A DNA stretch of 53,296 nt, from assembly GCA_001782475.1 (NCBI GenBank), contig MFOT01000008.1, positions 1 through 53,296 on the forward strand, written 5' to 3'. Position numbers and translations under genes: made by a program. Of this stretch, positions 38,444-46,617 are shown piece after piece. The stretch is from Candidatus Levybacteria bacterium RIFCSPLOWO2_01_FULL_38_21 (GTDB lineage: Bacteria; Patescibacteriota; Microgenomatia; Levybacterales; UBA12049). The notes under the pieces are model-generated. The model worked only from the letters and a program-made list of their open reading frames with translations, did no database searches and had not been told where the DNA came from. Within the stretch, counting starts at the first letter, position 1. Every line of letters starts with the position of its first letter.

Positions 38444-40759
38444 TCAATAGCTGTCTTTTCTGAATCGGGGTCTTCGCGGAGGAAAGTTTCTTCGCTGTTT
38501 ACCCTCTTCAGCAGCTCTTTCTCTTTTAAATTGCCTTGATAAGGGATGTTCTTCCTGCGGCGGTCTTCTTTGGAAATCCCTGCTTTTCCTGAACTGTCCG
38601 GAGGGTAAGTGCTCAACTCCTGTCTTTGACTCTCCTTCTCTTTGTCTCTGTGACTCTTCCTCAAACTTCATCGAGAGATTTATTCTTCCCTGCTCATCAA
38701 TCTCTGTAACTCTTACTTTTACTTTTTGCCCGATTGTTACAACTTCGCTTGGATTTTTTACAAAACCCTGTCCCATTTGAGACACGTGAACCATTCCTTC
38801 TTTGCCGGGCAAAACTTCCACAAATGCTCCAAAAGGAAGAACTCTCTTAACAATTCCTTCAAAAATTTCTCCTGGCTTTACTTCCCGAGTTAATCCTTTT
38901 ACCCAATTGACTGCCTTTTGAACTGCCTCCTCAGTTGTTCCCGAAATTGCAACCGAACCGTCATCTTCAACATCAACAGTTGCTCCGGTTTGGGCAATAA
39001 TATTTTTTATCACTTTCCCACCCGGCCCAATAAGTTCTCCAATTTTCTCAACGGGAATATGAACCAACTCAATCTTTGGAGCATATTTTGAAACTTCCTG
39101 TCTTGATTTTGATAAAACACCGAGCATTTTATCTAAAATAGATAGCCTGGCTGTTTTTGCTTTCTCGAATACCTCTTTTATCTGAGATATTGTAATTCCT
39201 GGAACTTTAACATCGAGTTGCATTGCCGTTATCCCTTTTTCTGTTCCTGCCACCTTAAAATCCATGTCTCCAGAGAAATCCTCAAGTCCTAGGATATCGG
39301 TTAAAATTACATATTTTTCATCATCTGACATCATTCCCATTGCAATTCCTGCAACAGAACTATCTATTGGAACTCCTGCATCCATTAAAGCAAGCGTTGA
39401 TCCGCAAGTTGCTGCCATCGAAGTTGAACCGTTAGAAGATAAAACTTCGGATACTACCCTTATTGTGTAGGGAAAGGTGTCTTGTTTTGGTATGACGCAA
39501 AGGAGAGCTCGCTCGGCAAGTGCGCCGTGTCCGATCTCGCGCCTTGAAGGAAAACCCATTCTTCCTGTTTCTCCAATTGAGTAAGGAGGCATAGAATAAT
39601 GGTGCATATATCTTTTTGTTTCCTCTCCCTCTGCTGTTTCAACCAATTGCTCAAGCTTGGGAGAGCCAAGGGTGATAACAGTTAGAACTTGCGTATCTCC
39701 TCTTTGAAAAATTGCAGATCCGTGAGTTCTGGGAAGTACTGAAACTTGAGAAGAAATCTCTCGTATTTCATCTGCTTCTCTTCCATCTAGTCTTTTGCCT
39801 TTCTTTAAAATCTCATCTCTTATTATTTTATAAAGGACAGTTTCTATTCCTCTTGCAATAATTTTTTTATCCAAAGTTGATTCGGGATCAGAAACTTTTT
39901 CTCCCTCAAAGACCATATTTGCTAAATCCTCTGTCTCTGTTTCTGTGGACTCTTTGTTCAATCTTGTCTTTATAAGATTTGTTATTTCTTCTTTGTAGGA
40001 TTTTTCAAGTTTTTTAATAATTTCGAAAAGCTCTGGATCTTTTGAAACAACCTCTTTTTTTCTTTCTACTTGCTTAGCTAATTTTTCGATTAGAGAAATT
40101 ATTTTTTTGTTTTCTTCGTGAGCCTTCTCTATTGCCTCTAAAACTAACTCCTCCGGCATTTGTATTGCTTCTGCCTCAAGCATTACTGTTTTGTCTTTTG
40201 TCTGAGCGGCAACAATATCAAGTTCGGAAAATTCGGTTTCGGCAGCTCCTGGATTTATTATATATTCCTTATTGCCATCATCTTTTTCCTTAACAAATCC
40301 TATTCTTACAGCTGCAACCGGACCATTCCATGGAACAGGAGAAATTGAAAGTGCTGCAGATGTTGCAATAATAGAAAGAATGTCCGGTTCGTTCTCTCCA
40401 TCTACCGAAAGAACTGTTACAACTATCTGAACTTCTTTTTTAAATTCTTTTGGGAATAACGGTCTTATACAGCGGTCTATAAGTCGTGCGGTTAAAATTG
40501 CATCATCGCTTGGCCTTCCCTCTCTTTTCACCCAACGGCTCCCTTTTATTCTTCCTCCTGCATAAAGTCTTTCTATATACTCAACTGTTAAGGGAAGGTA
40601 ATCTATGTCTTCTCTTTCTTTTCCAACAACTAAGGTTACCAAAACCATAGTATCTCCAAGTCTTGCTAAGATTGACGATGTTGCTTGTTGGGCAAGTTCT
40701 CCTGCTTCAAGCGTGAGGGTCTTATCCTCCAGTTTTAAGTGGACTTGAGTTTTTTTCAT
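38444..40759 (-). CDS. pnp: Polyribonucleotide nucleotidyltransferase (PNPase) with an Arg-rich C-terminal tail
   Basis: 771 aa with two RNase PH domains, KH (GPGGKVIKNI) and S1 (GEIFEGIVKRVLPFGAFVE), then a basic tail of about 70 aa. Confidence 0.95.
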   Translation of the reverse strand: MKKTQVHLKLEDKTLTLEAGELAQQATSSILARLGDTMVLVTLVVGKEREDIDYLPLTVEYIERLYAGGRIKGSRWVKREGRPSDDAILTARLIDRCIRPLFPKEFKKEVQIVVTVLSVDGENEPDILSIIATSAALSISPVPWNGPVAAVRIGFVKEKDDGNKEYIINPGAAETEFSELDIVAAQTKDKTVMLEAEAIQMPEELVLEAIEKAHEENKKIISLIEKLAKQVERKKEVVSKDPELFEIIKKLEKSYKEEITNLIKTRLNKESTETETEDLANMVFEGEKVSDPESTLDKKIIARGIETVLYKIIRDEILKKGKRLDGREADEIREISSQVSVLPRTHGSAIFQRGDTQVLTVITLGSPKLEQLVETAEGEETKRYMHHYSMPPYSIGETGRMGFPSRREIGHGALAERALLCVIPKQDTFPYTIRVVSEVLSSNGSTSMAATCGSTLALMDAGVPIDSSVAGIAMGMMSDDEKYVILTDILGLEDFSGDMDFKVAGTEKGITAMQLDVKVPGITISQIKEVFEKAKTARLSILDKMLGVLSKSRQEVSKYAPKIELVHIPVEKIGELIGPGGKVIKNIIAQTGATVDVEDDGSVAISGTTEEAVQKAVNWVKGLTREVKPGEIFEGIVKRVLPFGAFVEVLPGKEGMVHVSQMGQGFVKNPSEVVTIGQKVKVRVTEIDEQGRINLSMKFEEESQRQREGESKTGVEHLPSGQFRKSRDFQRRPPQEEHPLSRQFKRERAAEEGKQRRNFPPRRPRFRKDSY

Positions 40760-41029
40760 TTATTCTTTAAGGCTGAGATTTTTTAAAATTGCGGAGTAAC
40801 GGTTTTTATCTACATTTTTTAAAAAATTAGCAAGCCTTCTTCTTTTTGCAATCATAGACAAAAGACCGCGCCTTGAATGGGTATCGTGAATATGCTGTTT
40901 TAGATGGCCGGTTAATTTAGTAATTCTATTTGTTAAAAGAGCAATCTGAACCTCGGGACTTCCAGTATCTCCCGAAGTAGTCTGGAATTTTTTTATAATC
41001 TCCTGTTTTTGCGTTGATGTTAGCGACAT
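40760..41029 (-). CDS. rpsO: 30S ribosomal protein S15
   Basis: 89 aa with GDTGSPEVQIALLT..I..L..HLK.H.HD.HSRRGL, typical S15. Confidence 0.95.
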   Translation of the reverse strand: MSLTSTQKQEIIKKFQTTSGDTGSPEVQIALLTNRITKLTGHLKQHIHDTHSRRGLLSMIAKRRRLANFLKNVDKNRYSAILKNLSLKE

Positions 41030-41037
41030 AGTTAATA

Positions 41038-41046
41038 ATTATACCA
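41038..41046 (-). promoter_or_regulatory. Extended -10 (TGGTATAAT) promoter of rpsO
   Basis: Minus strand reads TGG-TATAAT, then 8 nt to the rpsO ATG. Confidence 0.5.
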
Positions 41047-41086
41047 ATTTTTAACTCGCCCCTCAATGGGGAAATTTAATTTTAGA

Positions 41087-41107
41087 ATTAGGGATCAAAC
41101 CCCTAAT
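41087..41107. repeat. Hairpin ATTAGGG-ATCAAAC-CCCTAAT (family D, copy 2)
   Basis: 7-bp perfect stem. Lies between the methyltransferase stop and the rpsO promoter. Confidence 0.75.
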
Positions 41108-41197
41108 AAAGACTTTTAAACTAATAGCTCTGACTGAAGTAAATAATCTGGATAAGTAAAACTATACGAAAAGCTCAAGAAGCTATTGTTAATTATT

Positions 41198-42124
41198 TTA
41201 TTGTGTCAGAATTGATTGAGAAAAGAGGGAAGATAATCCCATCTTAAATTCCTCAATTCTCTTTTCAGCAATCTCACAATATTTTTTATCAATATCGTAA
41301 CCGATGTACTTTCTATTAGTTTTCAATGCGGCTATACAAGTAGTTCCACTCCCTAAAAATGGGTCGAGAACAACATCATTCTCAAATGTATAAAGCTGGA
41401 TTAACCGATAGGCAAGTTCAACGGGAAAAGGAGCAGGATGCTTAACCCTTGAAGCTCTTTCTGCGGAGAATGTCCAAATACTTTTTGTAAACTCCATAAA
41501 CTCTTCTTTCGAGATAGTTGATTTCTTATCTGATTTTTTTCGATCATATCTACCTTTCGAGAATACGAGAATATATTCATGGATGTCTCTTAGAGTAGGG
41601 TTACTTGCAGACAGCCAACTACCCCAAGCAAAAGACTGACTTGCGCTTGACGCTTTATTCCAGATAATCTCTCCTCTCATTAAGAAGCCTAATTTATCCA
41701 TTTCTTCAATAACGTAAGAGTGCAGAGGCAGATACGGTTTTCGTCCTAGATTGGCAACATTTATACATGCACGACCGCCTGGTACGAGAACTCGGTAAGT
41801 TTCTTTGAAAACATTATAGAGTAATTTTCTATACTCTTCTAAAGTCAAATCATTATCATACTCTTTACCAACGTTATATGGAGGAGATGTAACCATCAAA
41901 TGAACACTGTTATCTGATAGCTCAGACATCTTTTCACTACTTTTACAGAAAACTCTATTTATATTTTCTCTTAGGATAGAATTTTCAACAAACTCAGGAA
42001 TGTTTTTTTGACCATTTCCAGAATAAAGCTTGCTATTGTAGAACTTTGAGGAGTCGTGATTAACTCTCCCTGGAGAACCGAAGGCACTTGTTTTAGTTCC
42101 GTTATTTTTATTGTAGCGGTTCAT
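41198..42124 (-). CDS. DNA methyltransferase, N4/N6 class (beta-type motif order)
   Basis: Catalytic SPPY motif (MVTSPPYNVGKEY) precedes the AdoMet motif DPFLGSGTT. Start set to MNRYNK, which is preceded by GGAGGA. Confidence 0.85.
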   Translation of the reverse strand: MNRYNKNNGTKTSAFGSPGRVNHDSSKFYNSKLYSGNGQKNIPEFVENSILRENINRVFCKSSEKMSELSDNSVHLMVTSPPYNVGKEYDNDLTLEEYRKLLYNVFKETYRVLVPGGRACINVANLGRKPYLPLHSYVIEEMDKLGFLMRGEIIWNKASSASQSFAWGSWLSASNPTLRDIHEYILVFSKGRYDRKKSDKKSTISKEEFMEFTKSIWTFSAERASRVKHPAPFPVELAYRLIQLYTFENDVVLDPFLGSGTTCIAALKTNRKYIGYDIDKKYCEIAEKRIEEFKMGLSSLFSQSILTQ

Positions 42125-42125
42125 T

Positions 42126-42758
42126 TTAATCCTCCATCCAAAGATCAACCCATCTTTTATAAGAACTCGTATTTGTTTCTACTCTATTCCATTGTACTAA
42201 AATACTCTTGACATTTCTATCGTTAATAAGAAGCGACAGAGCTTCTTTTGTTATCTCAACTCCTCGAGGATTTGTGCCAGCTTTAGGAAGTTTTATGTAG
42301 CTGTTTTTCCTAAGCTTCTTAAAATATTTAACTTGAACTTCCAAGGGTATATAATATAAGCCACCTATACCATTCCAGTTAACTTGAACTAGTAACATGT
42401 CGCAGCTGGGATAATATTTTTCTAAAAATTCTTTTGCTTTTTGAGCGTCGACTGTCCAAATGAGTTTTATACCACCGAGATTTTTTCCAGAAATTGTTTT
42501 GATAGAAATCGGTTGATTAAATAATTTCAAGTCCGTTTCTGGTTTAGTTATAGGAATATTAGTATCGACGTTTTGCTCTCCAAATTTATAAATTAGTAAT
42601 GCAACTAGAATTCTCTCGCGAACTGATCCTATTTCCATTCCAATTTTTCCTGCCCGAGAAGCCTCTAATTCAGCAAGTTGGAAAAGGTAAGGCAAGCGCT
42701 TCTTAATTTTGTTAACAAGCTCATTATCTTTAAAAATTTCTATTAATTGACTGCTCAT
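42126..42758 (-). CDS. Putative type II restriction endonuclease partner
   Basis: 210-aa ORF whose stop lies 1 nt before the methyltransferase ATG. No family recognised with certainty; called from context only. Confidence 0.45.
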   Translation of the reverse strand: MSSQLIEIFKDNELVNKIKKRLPYLFQLAELEASRAGKIGMEIGSVRERILVALLIYKFGEQNVDTNIPITKPETDLKLFNQPISIKTISGKNLGGIKLIWTVDAQKAKEFLEKYYPSCDMLLVQVNWNGIGGLYYIPLEVQVKYFKKLRKNSYIKLPKAGTNPRGVEITKEALSLLINDRNVKSILVQWNRVETNTSSYKRWVDLWMED

Positions 42759-42765
42759 TAAGAAG

Positions 42766-42794
42766 AGTATAGCGTTTAAGGAGGTTTCAATCAA
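42766..42794 (-). promoter_or_regulatory. Promoter of the R-M pair
   Basis: Minus strand reads TTGATT (42794-42789), 17 nt spacer, TATACT (42771-42766), then 7 nt to the ATG at 42758. Confidence 0.5.
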
Positions 42795-42825
42795 CAATTA
42801 CTTATTGTTTATAATATATGTGCCT

Positions 42826-43779
42826 TTAAATATTCGTTGAGCCTTTGTAAATTTTTGGGGCGAGCCAGTCAACCGGTGGATTTTTTCCTTGCTCGCCTCG
42901 CTGCGAAGCGGGCCCCGCGGAGCTTTGGCGGAGTGGGGCCTGCCCCGGCCGAACCTGGTCTCTTTTACCGATCCTTTGCTGGGGAATATTTTTGGGAGAA
43001 AAGACTGATGCTTCCTCATCTCCCCTTATTTGAGCTTTTGTAAACCTCTTATCGCTTCTTACTGCTCCTTTTTTCATAAGTTCTCCTGCCATTTCAAAAG
43101 CTAAAGGACTTGTCCTTGTGTTCTGGAAATTGTCAGTTGCGCTTTCTATTCCAATTAATAAATTTTGTGCAGTATCAATATCCATTGGTAAATCAAGCGA
43201 CAAAATCAAATCGCCCATTCGCTCGGAAATTGAAGAACTATTTGGAGAAACAAGAGCAATATCTCCAAATCCCTGATTATCTGATTTATTGTCTATATTA
43301 ATTACAACTGTATCTTTTAAAGCCTGGGGGTCAAAAATTCTATCCAAATCGGAAAGTCTCGGAGTTCCGACAACAAATAAAAGTCCCGGATACCCCTGCG
43401 ATCTTTTAAAAATAACATCATCCTCGGAAAAACTTAAACCCTCGTCCCCTCCTTTTACAACAATATTCAAAAAACCATCCTCAAGAGTATAAGAAATTTT
43501 TTCTATTTCTCCCTCTCTATATGGAAAAGAGACAATCATATCTCCTGCTCCGCCCTCAAAACTTGATTTTACTTTATCTATTCCAACAAGATGAGAATGC
43601 TCAACCAAAGCTTCTGTTGGACAAACTATTGACACATCTTTTCCGGAAGATAGACAAGAGAGATAAAGGGATAGAGCCGCACCCATTTCATCAACTGCGG
43701 GATTTTTGCCAACGGCAATTCCAATTTTGCTGTTTTTTCCAATAAAATCTTTTATTTGATCTAAAACTCTGTTATCCAT
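42826..43779 (-). CDS. DHH-family (NrnA-like) domain protein with degenerate catalytic motifs and a low-complexity GC-rich tail
   Basis: NrnA-like layout, but motif I reads GKNPAVDEMGAAL, motif II VVGTP and motif III IDNK (instead of DHH). No GGGH/DHHA1 block was seen. The last 80 aa or so are P/Q/R/G-rich. Confidence 0.6.
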   Translation of the reverse strand: MDNRVLDQIKDFIGKNSKIGIAVGKNPAVDEMGAALSLYLSCLSSGKDVSIVCPTEALVEHSHLVGIDKVKSSFEGGAGDMIVSFPYREGEIEKISYTLEDGFLNIVVKGGDEGLSFSEDDVIFKRSQGYPGLLFVVGTPRLSDLDRIFDPQALKDTVVINIDNKSDNQGFGDIALVSPNSSSISERMGDLILSLDLPMDIDTAQNLLIGIESATDNFQNTRTSPLAFEMAGELMKKGAVRSDKRFTKAQIRGDEEASVFSPKNIPQQRIGKRDQVRPGQAPLRQSSAGPASQRGEQGKNPPVDWLAPKIYKGSTNI

Positions 43780-43790
43780 AGGGGAATTTT

Positions 43791-43815
43791 ATCCAGCACC
43801 AAATTGGTGCTGGAT
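43791..43815. terminator. Perfect 12-bp-arm palindrome ATCCAGCACCAA-A-TTGGTGCTGGAT directly after the infB stop
   Basis: Direct reading. No U-tract follows on the mRNA strand, so it may be an intercistronic stabiliser or processing hairpin rather than a terminator. Confidence 0.4.
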
Positions 43816-45351
43816 TTATCCATGAGATATTATCACATCTCCTATAGTAAAGTCAAGGAAAGGTGAAATGATTATACCAGCTTCATTGCCCTTTTCTACT
43901 TTTGAGATGGGATTTTTACCTTGCCTTAAAGATGAAATTACACTCTCTCCAATTACCTCATCTTTTCTAACAAGCCTTATCTTATCTCCCTTAGCCATTC
44001 TTCCCTCAAGTACCGCAACTCCCATAACTTTTGTTTTTTCAAATGGAAACTGCGCAACTACTTTTGCTTTCCCTAAATTTTCTTCAACAAGAGAAAGTTC
44101 TCTACCCTCTAAAACATCTGTTATTTCATCGATCAGTTCATAAATAAGATTGTAATTTTTAACAACCACTTCCTCTGTCTTTGCAAGTTTTATGATTTCC
44201 GGCTTAATTTTTATATTAAATCCAAGAACAATTGCACCGACTCCCTTTGCAAGCAAAAGATCTGCGGGCGAGATATCTCCTGTTTTGTAAGATACAATAT
44301 TTATCTGATTTGGCAAGGCATTTATTATTGCCTCTAAGGAACCTAAAGTATCCGCGCAAATTATTAATGAGAGAATTGGTAGGTTTTCAGAAAAAGGGGT
44401 GACACGACTGGAAGGGCTCCCGACAGCGCGCATCTCCGATGTAATCGGAGGAGCACTGACGGGAGGGAAAGTCGGGGCAGGACCCCGTTGATTCAAAACA
44501 CGAAATTTTTTCAAAACTATACTTCCGACTTTAGGAACTTTTTCAAAGCCCAAAATTTCAACTGCTTCGCCTATTGTTACCTTGTCTACTTTTTTTCCCG
44601 AAGCATCAGTAAGACTTTTCACTTTTCCAAAGACTCCATTGCTTGATATCTCATCTCTTAAAGATAATGTCCCGCTTTTAATGACAACTGAGGATAGCGG
44701 CCCTGATCTTTGATCTTGCTTTGATTCAATAACCACACCCTTAAATTCTCCGCTTTCGGAAGAAATAAATTTTTCCTGCCTGCCGGCAGGCATAGCTTTT
44801 TTTATCTCAAAAACTAGAAGAATAAGATCCAAAAGTTCTTTAATATTTGTATTTGTTTTTGCGGATACTTCTACTACCGGCACATCGCCGCCGTATCCTT
44901 CAAGAAGAACTTCTGCTTTTAAAAGCTCTCGTTTTGCTTTTTCGGGATTTTTTTCGGCAAGATCAGATTTTGTCAAAACAACAATAAAAGGGATATCAAC
45001 CTCTTTTAATAATTTTATACTTTCTCTAGTCTGCGGCATTACTCCGTCAACAGATGAAACAACCAAAAGCCCGATATCTGCCGCCATAATTCCTTTTCCT
45101 CTCATATTAGAGAATAGTTCATGCCCGGGTGTATCTATAAAAGTGATAGCCTTTTTCTCGCCTTCATTTATAAATTCTATTTTTGATGCGCCAATTCTTT
45201 GAGTAATTCCCCCATATTCTTTTTGTGCAACATTTGATTTGCGGATTGTATCCAAAAGGGCAGTCTTTCCGTGGTCTACGTGGCCTACTACGGCAACAAC
45301 CGGGGGGTAGAATTTTTTATTTGGCGGATTTGGTTTTTGTTTTTTTGCCAT
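43816..45351 (-). CDS. infB: Translation initiation factor IF-2, short form
   Basis: 511 aa that starts almost directly with the G domain ([24 protein letters not shown]). Carries two in-frame GC-rich insertions. Confidence 0.95.
   Translation of the reverse strand: MAKKQKPNPPNKKFYPPVVAVVGHVDHGKTALLDTIRKSNVAQKEYGGITQRIGASKIEFINEGEKKAITFIDTPGHELFSNMRGKGIMAADIGLLVVSSVDGVMPQTRESIKLLKEVDIPFIVVLTKSDLAEKNPEKAKRELLKAEVLLEGYGGDVPVVEVSAKTNTNIKELLDLILLVFEIKKAMPAGRQEKFISSESGEFKGVVIESKQDQRSGPLSSVVIKSGTLSLRDEISSNGVFGKVKSLTDASGKKVDKVTIGEAVEILGFEKVPKVGSIVLKKFRVLNQRGPAPTFPPVSAPPITSEMRAVGSPSSRVTPFSENLPILSLIICADTLGSLEAIINALPNQINIVSYKTGDISPADLLLAKGVGAIVLGFNIKIKPEIIKLAKTEEVVVKNYNLIYELIDEITDVLEGRELSLVEENLGKAKVVAQFPFEKTKVMGVAVLEGRMAKGDKIRLVRKDEVIGESVISSLRQGKNPISKVEKGNEAGIIISPFLDFTIGDVIISHG
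44417..44465. repeat. 49-nt nested imperfect palindrome inside infB
   Basis: Inner stem CTCCGAT-GTA-ATCGGAG (44434-44450). Outer arms CTCCCGACAG / CTGACGGGAG match 9 of 10. Embedded in a GC-rich stretch coding [25 protein letters not shown]. Confidence 0.65.
44778..44793. repeat. Family B palindrome GCCTGCCGGCAGGC(AT), in-frame copy inside infB
   Basis: 16 nt identical to 29993-30008. Encodes MPAGR. Confidence 0.85.
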
Positions 45352-45445
45352 ATTAAATTATTAAAATCCGAAATTCGAATATCAAAATTCGATGCAAGCC
45401 CGAAATTCAAAATTCCAAATGCTCTAAACATAGGTTTCGAATTTG

Positions 45446-46510
45446 TTATTCATCTTTTTTTGACTTCTTTATCACTTTTTTCTTTACCGATTTTTTTCCT
45501 GACACTTCCTTTTTAACTTTCGTAATGACTTTTTTTTCTTCTTCGGGTTCTTTAACTTCCATTTTCTCTCCTTCTATCTCTATTCTGTGCTCCGTCAGTT
45601 TTGATGCAAGGCGGGCGTTTTGCCCCTCTTTTCCGATTGCCAGAGAAAGCTCCTCGGACGGAACAAAAACATGAGCGGTTTTTTCATCCTCATTAACCTC
45701 GACCCTTACATTTTTTGCAGGAGACAGTGCTTGTGCGACATAGTCTTTTGGGTTCTCCTGCCATTGGATAACATCTAATTTTTCAAGCCCCCCGAATTCC
45801 GCAATTACAGCCTGAACCCTTACGCCTTTTTGACCAACACAACTTCCCACAGGATCAATTCCCGACTGAGCTGAATAAACAGCAATTTTACTTCTCGAGC
45901 CGGGTTCTCTTGCGATATTTTTAATCTCAACGCTTCCCTGAGCAACTTCCGGCACTTCTCTTTTAAAAAGCCCCTCCAAAAGTCCATTGTCTGTTCGTGA
46001 AACTATTAACTCTTCTCCCTTAAGACCTTCTCTTATTTCTAAAAGATAAACTGCAAGTCTTTGATTTAAATGATATTTTTCATTTGGGATTTGTTCATGA
46101 AGGGGCATAATTGCTTCTGTTTTGCCAACATCAACGATTATATTGGGCCCTGCAAATCTTAAGATCATTCCATTTATTATTGTACCCACGCGGGTCTTAT
46201 AGTCCGATATTATCGCTTCTTTTTCTTTTTCTCTAATTTTCTGCAAGATTACTTGTTTTGCAGTTTGAGCAGCAATTCTTCCAAAGCCGGGCGGAGTAAC
46301 ATCTTTATCTTTTAAGAAAATTTTTGCCTCTCCAGAGTTTTTGTCCAAAGTTGCCAAGTATTCCTCAATTTCTACTCCCGGATGATCTTTTTTATAGGCC
46401 GCAAGGATTGCATTTTTTACTGTATCCAAAACCACAGAAATATCAACGCCGCGTTCATTTGCGACCTGATTTAAGGCAAGTGAAAACTCACTTCTTTGTA
46501 CTGCCGGCAT
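45446..46510 (-). CDS. nusA: Transcription termination/antitermination factor NusA
   Basis: 354 aa with N-terminal, S1 and two KH regions (GSRSKIAVYS, GQKGVRVQAV, IGKEGQNARLAS) and a Lys-rich tail. Confidence 0.95.
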   Translation of the reverse strand: MPAVQRSEFSLALNQVANERGVDISVVLDTVKNAILAAYKKDHPGVEIEEYLATLDKNSGEAKIFLKDKDVTPPGFGRIAAQTAKQVILQKIREKEKEAIISDYKTRVGTIINGMILRFAGPNIIVDVGKTEAIMPLHEQIPNEKYHLNQRLAVYLLEIREGLKGEELIVSRTDNGLLEGLFKREVPEVAQGSVEIKNIAREPGSRSKIAVYSAQSGIDPVGSCVGQKGVRVQAVIAEFGGLEKLDVIQWQENPKDYVAQALSPAKNVRVEVNEDEKTAHVFVPSEELSLAIGKEGQNARLASKLTEHRIEIEGEKMEVKEPEEEKKVITKVKKEVSGKKSVKKKVIKKSKKDE

Positions 46511-46519
46511 AGTCGAAAC

Positions 46520-46528
46520 AGTATACCA
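46520..46528 (-). promoter_or_regulatory. Extended -10 (TGGTATACT) promoter of nusA
   Basis: Minus strand reads TGG-TATACT, then 9 nt to the nusA ATG. Confidence 0.45.
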
Positions 46529-46617
46529 AATCTACCTTAAAGCCGCAATGACTTGTGAAAGATTTTCAAACTAAATCTAAAGATTATAAATTTTTTAAAA
46601 AGAGTTATAATTTAATT

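Noticed and set aside
38410-38664. N-terminal 85 residues of the 176-aa track ORF for the antitoxin
   Set aside because: This part overlaps the 3' end of pnp in another frame and is Arg/Lys/Glu low-complexity sequence. The DinJ-like fold begins at the internal Met (38409).
42798-43043. ORFs 42798-43019 (-) and 42837-43043 (+) over the GC-rich tail of the DHH-like gene
   Set aside because: The GC-rich repeat-like DNA opens all frames. I kept the frame contiguous with the DHH-like domain, but the tail reading frame is the least certain part of that gene.
44462-44477. GAGGGAAAGTCGGGGC, which resembles the conserved RNase P RNA GAGGAAAGUCCGGGC segment
   Set aside because: It lies in frame inside infB. 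No other RNase P helices or conserved strands are nearby, so I judged it a coincidental match within a GC-rich insert.
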